64,000 nucleotides of DNA from Lingula anatina. Lineage: Eukaryota > Animalia > Brachiopoda. Location: assembly GCA_051362555.1 (NCBI GenBank), contig CM120640.1:35855967-35919966 (forward strand), given 5' to 3'. The position numbers and the translations under genes were made by a program. This document shows positions 37,701 to 46,298 of the stretch, one piece after another. Every line of letters starts with the position of its first letter. Position 1 is the stretch's first letter. The notes under the pieces are model-generated. The model searched no databases, was not told the DNA's origin, and was given only the letters and a program-made list of their open reading frames with translations.

Positions 37701-40700
37701 AACAGAGTAGCCATCACTCCTTTACTGTGCACATCTTTTTCTTTTTGTCTGTAAATCAACAAGTTGCTGAATCAGAAACAAAATGGAAAACAGCGCATTA
37801 TCCCTGGCAAAGGTTTAATGGTTGGCCAGCAATGTTGTTCATAACAAACTTATATAATGTTGACAGAAAAAAACTTTGTACTTTTTCAAATCTTCCATAT
37901 GGCACAACCCCAATGCGCTGGCGGTACACATGGTTTCGGTCCCGTCTGGATCGTTCCGCCGGCTCTGCCGGCTCCGCCGGACGGCTACCGTTACCACTTC
38001 TCCTCGTAGACGGTAAGGGCCCCCGTACCCATCTCTTGGATTTAGGTCACCTATAATCTCAGCTCGTTCCACGTAAAATTTGGGCTTTGCCGGTATTGGG
38101 GTCTGGGTGTGGCACTCATTGCAATGCACCCTTGTCCAAAAATGGCAAAATTAAATGCTAATTATCTACCCTACGGAAGGGGTTATGGGAAAAATTTCTA
38201 CAGGAGGCTTTCCAAAAGTCATATGTGTAGATTTCAAATATGCCCTTGGATTTGACCTTTGACCTTTACTTCAAGGTCAAACGGGCCAAAATTTTCAAAA
38301 AAATAATATTTTTTATGAAAAAAAATTTTTTTGCCCTGTTATTCAGACACCACACAGACTTAACCAATAATATAATTGGAAAGTGTTACCCTTCAGGTCA
38401 TCTTTCATCTCCGTGAATTTGGGGTCAATCGGTGCATTTTCACTGGAGTAACGGCCATAAGATGCCGAAACTGAAAACTGTCTCTAATTCGGGAACCGTT
38501 AATGCTAGAGACCCATTCTTTTTTGCATTTTGTAGAGCATGTAAAGCCCAACACTGGAAGTGGTCTCCGTTTTTTTGTATTCCAAACGGTTTTCGAGTAA
38601 CGCTATCAAAAAGTACATATTGGTGGTGAAAGCAAAATGTGCAGTACGGTATAGTCAGGTGGCTAAGTCCAAATTTTATCCAGAATTGTGCAATAGATGA
38701 TAAAAGCATGAAACTTTCCCCGATGAATAACCATTGGGTGTTCATCTATTTTGGATCAGGGGGTTGACAAACACCCAATGGTCATTCATCGTGGAAAATT
38801 TCATGCTGTTATCATCTTTTGCACAATTCTGGATAAAATTTGGACTGAGCCGCCTGACTACTTTTCACCATGAACTAACCTTTGCAAATTTTGTTTCCCT
38901 TTTATCTCCAAAACTGGCAGAGATAGGTCCATAGTTACTATTGAACTTGAATGGGAAGTCATATACTGGCAATCTAAATGTGACCTTGAAATTGACCTTT
39001 GACCTACTTTTCACCATGAACTGAATTTTGCAAATTTTGCTTCCCTTTTATCTCCCAAACTGGCAGAGATAGGTCCATAGTTACTATTGAACTTGAATGG
39101 GAAGTCATATACTGGCAATCTAAATGTGACCTTGAAATTGACCTTTGACCTACTTTTTACCATGAACTGAACTCTGCAAATTTTGCTGCCCTTTAATCTC
39201 CAAAACTGGCAGAGATAGGTCCATAGTTACTATTGAACTTTAATAGGAAGTCATATACTGGCAATCCAAATGTGACCTTGAAATTGACATTTGACCTGCT
39301 TTTCACCATGAACTGAACTTTGCAAATTTTGCTGCCCTTTTATCTCCAAAACTGGCAGAGATAGGTCCATAGTTACTATTGAACTTTAATAGGAAGTCAT
39401 ATACTGGCAATCCAAATGTGACCTTGAAATTGACCTTTGACCTACTTTTCACCATGAACTGAACTTTGCAAATTTTGCTTCCCTTTTATCTCCAAAACTG
39501 GCAGAGATAGGTCCATAGTTTCTATTGAACTTGAATAGGAAGTCATATACTGGCAATCTTAATGTGACCTTGAAATTGACCTTTGACCTACTTTTCACCA
39601 TGAACTGAACTTTGCAAATTTTGCTTCCCTTTTATCTCCCAAACTGGCAGAGATAGGTCCAAAGTTACTTTTGAAGTTGAATAGGAAGTCATATACTGGC
39701 AATCTTACTGTGAAATTGACCTTTCACCTACCTTTTGATGAACTTTTGATATATTTTTTTGCATATTTTGAAAATTCTTGTTGATTGCATTTTTACAACT
39801 TGTCAAGCAAAAGACTGGTGGCTGTGTCCCTTATTTTGTGTATGTGGGGGTCTATATGAATGCGCTTGCTCCAGCTGGTGGTACAATATTCGGAGGCGGT
39901 ATCGCCTCTCTGATCCTCTAGTTAAAAAAACTGAAATCTCTTTGCTCTTACATATGGTTATGTGTGTTTTTGTATTTATAAATATTTTTTTGCATGTTGG
40001 AACATTTGAAATGTCAGTTCCTTTTCAACTTGTCAGAGGTGATTGTATTAGCAAGACAAGGAGTAAAAATAGAAGCACAATTCAGATGAAAAGTAATGAA
40101 ATTTGCAAAAGAAATGAAAATTCATTTTGACAATTTTCAAGTAGTTTTGAAATGGAAACACTTGTATCATTACAGAAATGGATGAAGGGGCGCTTTGCTG
40201 CAAACTTGAAAGTAAGTATGTTTTGTTTCAGGTACTCTCCACGAGATTTACCCACCAAAATGAATTTCCCTAAAGAACAGGACCATTTTTTGCCTATATT
40301 CAAATATCATTGCTTGACCTGTCCCTTTCACTTATATTTAAGGCCTTATGCCATTTTTAATATAATGATTTAGATCTAAATGACTGCCCAGTCATTAAGA
40401 TTAACATGTGCTTTTGGCATTCATGGGCATGGATATCAACTGCGTAATGAAGAATAAGTTTACTCAGAAAGGACTTTGTTTAAGCATTTTCCTACTGAAC
40501 TAGGAATTAACACCTAAAATATGTACAAGATCTGTTTCTTTCCTAGGTCACAACATTTCCAACACCACAAAAATCAGTGGAGAGGTGTTTGCTGGAATGT
40601 AAGAAAAGAGCAAAACTAGTGCCCGGAAAGGTAAAAAACTTAACACTAAATAGATGCGGTATATATGATAAAATCCAAACAGTGTGCTGTGTAATTTAAT

Positions 40701-42018
40701 GTTTTTTATTCATTCCATAAATAGTAAAACATGATTTGACTGATAAGAATCTCTTAGTCTGAAAAGTCTCAGAAAACTCTTGCTCTAATTTGAAAAATTG
40801 AGCAATATGTTTCTGCCCAAAAATGAAATTTGTAGATAATGGAAAAATTAATTTTACACCAGTCTTCTGAACAAGCAACTTGAAATAGTAATATTTTTAC
40901 TAGTTTTATGCAAAGTTTACTGACCAGTAGCAAAGTGCACCCTTTATATATGTTTCCTCCAGTATTATTTGCAAAATCACCAAAGATTATATTTTTTACA
41001 GGGCCTGAGAGAACACCTACCACCAGACCCAACGCTCGTTAAAGTTCTGAGGAGCTTAGTCAGCTTTGGAAATGAAAACAGAAATCTGGCAGCCATTTCT
41101 TTCCCAACAGATGGAGATCTGTTATATGTATGTGTATGGGATGGTCAATTTCATTTCATGATGTTTTTTCATCTAAGTTACATTTTGTGTCATTTTGTTG
41201 TAATGTTTTACCCTTCCCTGCATTATATTGTTAATCTTAATAATCTATTAATTTGAAAAGTATTTTTCATGTACCAACACAATGTGTTTGTACATATACC
41301 CATCACATTAATTCATCTGCTCTTTAAGTTATGGCCTTTTTTTGTAAAATGTTCATTTTTCACACTATTGGCGTTTTCAAGGCGTGACTTTGAAATTCCA
41401 TGGTTCTGAAGCTCTTTGCTATTACATTTTCTTACATACATGTTACCTGATGTGCAAATTAAAATTTGGTGTTGATTTTGCTGTTAAACATTATGTGATA
41501 TGGCATCTAAATTGACCAAAACCCTGTTCTGTACACTTTAAATGTTATTTTCTGCATTGTGTCTGTATATTTGACAGTTTTGCTGCCTTGTTTCTGAAGA
41601 ATATTATTTGACTTAAACAAAAAGTACAACAATTTTTTTTTTGTTCCCCTACCCCTAATTGATTAAGAAATGTCATGAAACTTTACATAAAAATATATTC
41701 TCTCATATTCTAATGGAAATTAATGTGTAGTATTGTTACTCATATTGAGAAAAATTTAGACTTTTCAATTTCTACACTAACTGAGAGCATACTTGTAAAT
41801 TCTGTTCTCTTTTTGTTATGCATGAACAGGTAGAGATATCTACAGAAGCAAAGATGGACATTTTGGAATATATACGCGATAACAAAGTAGATGTTAATCA
41901 GATAATTGCATGGACATGTGACATTGGCGAAACTATGGATTTTCTTCTTGAGAAACGAGTCTTGCTTTGGGACATTCGACCAGAATGTATCTTCATGGAA
42001 AAACAGGAGGTTTGTAAA

Positions 42019-42093
<75 letters not shown>

Positions 42094-45000
42094 ACGCGCG
42101 TGTGTGCAAAATATGTAAGTGCATGTGTGCATATTTTAGTGTGTGTTTAGTCAATAACATCATAGATATAAAACTTAAATTTAACCAGTTCTTTTATTTT
42201 ATGACTTGTTACAGTACAGCTGTATATATTATAAAGATAAATATAAAAATTATAGCTGCTAGAATATCAAATAAGCACAGTTCAAATCATGTGGCATGCT
42301 CAGAAGAAAGACAAGAGTTGGAATTGCTTCTACTCTAGATCTTTAATTTCTATCCTTTATTATTGATCAATAAATCTTTGACCATTTTAGTGGGTCAAGT
42401 TTGAGTGGTCATCTGGTGCACACTAGATACTCTGAAGGCTTGCTAGCCTCCTTATTCAAAGCACCCCCTGCTCTTGTGAGTTTGTTTGCTGTTGTGAATT
42501 TGTTTGCTGTTGTGAGTTTATTTGGTGTTGTGAGTTTGTTTGGTATTGTTTGTTTGGTTTTGTGAGTTTATTTGCTGTTGTGAGTTCCTTTGGTGTTGTG
42601 TGTTTGTTGTAAGTTTCATGTGTGTTGTTGTGTCGTCTGTTTGGTGTTGTGAAGATCTTGTGTGTTGTTTGATTGGTGTTATGAGTTTGTTTGGTGTTGT
42701 GAGTTTGGTGTTGTGAGTTTGTTTGGTATTGTTAGTTTGTTTGTTGTTACTTTGGTATTGTATTGTTTGTTTGGTGTTGTGAGTTTGGTATTGTGTTGTT
42801 TGTTTGGTGTTGTGAGTTCAGTTGGTGTTGTGAGTTTGTTTGGTGTTGTAAGTTTATTTGGTGTTGCTGTACGTGCTGTTTGTTAGGTGTTGTGTATTTG
42901 TTTTGTGTTGTTGTGTAGTTTGTTTTGTGTTGTGAGTTTCTTTGTTGTTACTTGTCCCTAGTGTTGTGACTTTTGTTTGGTGTTGTGACTTTCATGTGGT
43001 GTTGTACATAATCCATACAAGCTTCAGACATTATTTAAATCAATTTGTTTTAATGGATTTTTCCATTTTCTTTAACTAGCCTTTTATATTCTATATTCAT
43101 ATTGCAGAGTCTAGTTAACATTAGTGGATTTTAGATTTAAATAAATATTAACATTATTATCAATTTTATTAACATGATTTGAGATTGAATTGATCATATG
43201 TATGTCATTTTACTTAAAGAATCGTATGATCCCTAAAATTTCCAATTTTGGAAGATGTAAGCATCTGCATGCAGAGAATAATGCTGAAGGCAGTATCTCC
43301 GACCCAGGGGTGATCCCTGCAGATTTTGAGTGGTAAGTTCTCAAATAATGAAATAAATAAAAGTATAGTTACACAGGCATGCAAACAGACAGACGTCTTA
43401 TTGAAACAATATTTATCACTTGCCTTTTTAAATCATGATGCAGAGATTTTGTTAAGGAGGGGGGTCAGGAAGCTTTGCTTGTGGTTGTATTAAGTTTTTG
43501 TTTTATATCATTTCTCTGATTGGCCACTTCTGAATTCAATATAGATGCAAAGGATTATTTTTTCAATAAAAGAATAATATTCTCAGGTATCCAATAGAAA
43601 TTCTTCTGGATTTGGATCATCCATACATCTGTTGTAAAACTAGCAGCTACATGCTAGCAATGCTCTGCTGGCAAATGTTCAATGAAATGAGTCCAAAGGA
43701 TAGAAGAAGGCCTTTTGGTTGTGAACATGTAGATGAAGTAAGTTTAATTTCAAACTTTCATAAACTTTTAGCAAACTTTTTAATGTAAGACATGTTAGCC
43801 CTAATCTCTACAATAAGTTTTTTTACTTACTTAATAGTCACTTGATGTTTTAACTTAAAAGTTTTTGTTATATTGAGTAATCAGTTACCTTTGCTATATA
43901 ACTTTTAAATCAAGTGCTTGTAATGATAACTCTTCTTTTAATAAATATAGTAGTTTTCTTTAAGTTTGGAACATTCATCTGTGCACCCCATAGCCAAACA
44001 TCAACTAGAGCAGCTTTGAAAGTCAAAGAATTTACAAAGCAATATCCATACCAACAAATGCATTTACTTGCATTGCCTTATGATTCTGATGTGGTGTGCA
44101 ACTAGAAATATTATAAAACATTTTGTATATATAGCAGACATGTGTCATTCATGTGGCTCATTGCAGGTTTTTGTGTGTTCTCATTTTCTTAGGTGAAAGA
44201 ACTGCTCCTGAAGAAAATCACACCAGAGCAGCCAACAGAATGTCCTGAGTGGTTATACCTTTGGATGAAAAAGGCCTGGAGAGATCTATCTGTCCGCCCT
44301 GCTTTGAAAACACTTATTGCTTGGTTAAAATCAAGGTAAAACATAAACAATAGCTCTATGCCTATGTCATTCAATGGCTTTGTTTCTTAGATATACATGT
44401 TCATGTGTGGTCAAATCCTTTGATAAAATATTGTATTTTTTTTTTTTGTATAATTTCAGAGAGAAGTTAGAAAATGAATATTTGAAGATATTTAAGAATG
44501 CAACAGTTTTGAATGCTGTGACACTTACAGCACAGAAGACTTGCACAGAAGATGGTAAAAATACACATGATTCCACTGATAGATGCCTAGAAGAGGCACC
44601 TGAATACTACTTGCAGGGTTTAATATGGTTTAAACCCACTATGGAAAACACAAATGCCTCTGAAAAATCCCTTCTTCAGACATATACATATGCATATTGC
44701 AAAACAGCTACTGGTGAAGGTCAACATACTGGATGGCAACCACCAAATTATTATAGTTTTGTTGCAAGTCATAAGGAAGATGATTGCTCACTAAGTGGCA
44801 AGTGTTATGTAGGTGAGACAAAAACATGTCAGAACAAAAATACTGTGTCCCAAATGTCAAATTTATCGAACCCAATAATGGAAAAGACTGTCCAGCACCA
44901 TTACTTATCAATCCCAAGTTTTCCAAGACCAGAGTGTGAAAATGGAAATACACTTGGAAATCAACAGGAGGATGTTTATGAAGATATTGATACAGTTATG

Positions 45001-45840
45001 AACAATAACAAACAAACTGATCAGGAAGTTCCCATTTTGACTGACATACAGAAATCATTACATATCAATGACAGTCCATTGATGATGTGCGCAGATTGTG
45101 CTTGCACAAATGGAAATGGTGAATACAAGACAACAGCACCACGCAACAGCATGACTGTTAACACTTCCCTTCCATGCGATGTTGAAAATGCCAGTGCATC
45201 GCATCAGAAGACAGACATGGCTGTTGAGGAATTTTACAATGATGATTATGACTATGTGGATGAATCAACACAATATGAAAAATTACATGCAATTAATGGG
45301 GAGAACACACCTTCTGATGATGAAGAACCAATTTACACAGAGTTAATTATAGATCCTATAGAGGAAGAGAACACTGAAAGTGCTGGCAAGAATTTCAGCA
45401 CCCAACCTCAGAACTTACAGGAATTCTCCACTGTGGATCAGGAGGCAAACGGAGATGTAGATGTTCATAGAAAGGAAATTTGGAACCCATGTGAAACTGT
45501 GTGGAAGCGTGGAGAAACAGTGAGGTGCCCTATACAGCGAGGCAGGCGGCCAAAATTTAAGGTAGACAGGACCAGAACAGAGGAACCAGGATGTTGTGAT
45601 TATGTCAATCAAACTAGAAAACTAGATCAATCAACTACAGTCAACCAAGAAAAGAACAGTAAACCCTCTCAAAGTTTACCCAAGACCAGTCCAGAAACAT
45701 TTGCAAATGACAGCTTAGGTGATGGAACCTCAAACAGTCTGAACAGCAATTTTTCTATTAGAGATACTGATACTGCAGATGATTACGATGATGTTTTCCC
45801 TGCAAACCTGAGTAAGCTATCACATCCAAGGACCAAATGA
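31759..45840 (+). CDS. TIR domain + two tandem tyrosine-kinase-like pseudokinase domains + Tyr-motif-rich tail, ~1637 aa, ~18 coding exons
   Basis: Exons 31759-31789, 32139-32458, 32813-32981, 33629-33715, 33990-34726, 35093-35258, 35658-36601, 36955-37108, 37305-37372, 37614-37637 (or 37664), 40176-40211, 40547-40630, 41002-41127, 41830-42009, 43220-43332, 43587-43737, 44193-44335, 44460-45840 join into one stop-free frame (4914 nt). TIR: KYDLFICY, NFLPG, SRKTLLVLTSNFVKTEWC. Kinase-like 1: LTHKNIPKL, IPVRCSAPE, FSEKTEVYMFGCLLLEIFTLG, CLSRAPDKRPSF. Kinase-like 2: KISNFG, WYPIE, PEQPTECPEWLYLWMKKAW..RP. The start codon and micro-exons are uncertain. Confidence 0.78.
33105..33470 (+). mobile_element. 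Degenerate short non-autonomous element (Helentron/HINE- or pearl-MITE-like) in an intron
   Basis: Starts TTTTTATACCCCCC...GGCGGG..TATATTG, followed by a decayed CGTC-type tract and two units containing GAGGTCA..TCAAGGTCACA. This layout is common in invertebrate HINE-like repeats. Termini are not resolved. Confidence 0.4.
38652..38860. repeat. 91-bp inverted repeat with 27-nt loop (MITE/foldback, TA-flanked)
   Basis: Arm 38652-38742 is the reverse complement of 38770-38860, with 7 mismatches by manual comparison. Both outer ends are TA. Confidence 0.9.
38861..39730. repeat. Tandem array of six 146-bp units
   Basis: The unit start CTTTTCACCATGAACT recurs at 38861, 39007, 39153, 39299, 39445 and 39591, an exact 146-bp period. 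The last unit is degenerate. Confidence 0.95.
42023..42086. repeat. (TG)n microsatellite
   Basis: About 32 TG units just after the exon ending at 42009. Confidence 0.95.
42474..43005. repeat. Degenerate ~18-bp minisatellite (TGTTGTGAGTTTGTTTGG)n
   Basis: Repeated GTGTTGTGAGTTTGTTTG variants over ~530 bp, almost entirely G/T. Confidence 0.88.
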
Positions 45841-46051
45841 TATACCATGTCATGATATGAAGGGTGATATTCACAGGTGATTGTTTCTTTATCCTTGTCT
45901 GCATGGATCAAGAAACATAGATCTTGACTGATAAGACCAGGCGAAGACTAATTGATTGGGCTGAACGGCACCCAGAGCTTACTGCATGCACCCTTGCTCT
46001 GATAGGTCATGACAAGTAATAAGAGTAAAAAATGTTGACGCAAATGAATAG

Positions 46052-46265
46052 CCTCACAAGAGACACTGGGTTCTGTAGTGTTTAAAAAATGCAAACATTG
46101 ATGGAAAACTGGGAGGAGTGGCACCAAATATTTTGTGCTTCACGTTGGTGTCCGATGCCCCCCTCACAAGAGACACTGGGTTCTGTAGTGTTTAAAAAAT
46201 GCAAACATTGATGGAAAACTGGGAGGAGTGGCACCAAATATTTTGTGCTTCACGTTGGTGTCCGA

Positions 46266-46297
<32 letters not shown>
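46052..46297. repeat. Perfect 110-bp tandem duplication ending in a ~30-nt poly-C run
   Basis: CCTCACAAGAGACACTGGG...GTCCGATGCCCC starts at 46052 and again at 46162. The C run spans 46268-46297. Confidence 0.9.

Positions 46298-46298
<1 letters not shown>

Larger units (their letters stand above)
37891..39921 (+). mobile_element. Non-autonomous Helitron (~2.0 kb) with an internal foldback and satellite array
   Basis: 5' TC follows host A (37890). The 3' end has a GC hairpin GAGGCG-gtat-CGCCTC (39893-39908), then CTAG (39918-39921), then host T. No target-site duplication. The abrupt CpG-rich start contrasts with the host intron. The 5' boundary is less certain than the 3'. Confidence 0.72.

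Noticed and set aside
38861-39730. Regularly spaced repeats suggesting a CRISPR array
   Set aside because: The units are head-to-tail 146-bp copies with no unique spacers, there are no cas genes, and the context is a eukaryotic intron.
41740-42886. ORFs with HTHTHT, CVCVCV and VVSLFG repeats
   Set aside because: These are translations of the (TG)n microsatellite and the GT-rich minisatellite. Only 41830-42009 is a real exon candidate.
31759-45840. Calling the gene JAK, IRAK, MyD88 or a Toll-like receptor
   Set aside because: No FERM/SH2, death domain, LRR or clear transmembrane segment is visible, the TIR is N-terminal and both kinase folds are degenerate. No gene symbol was assigned.
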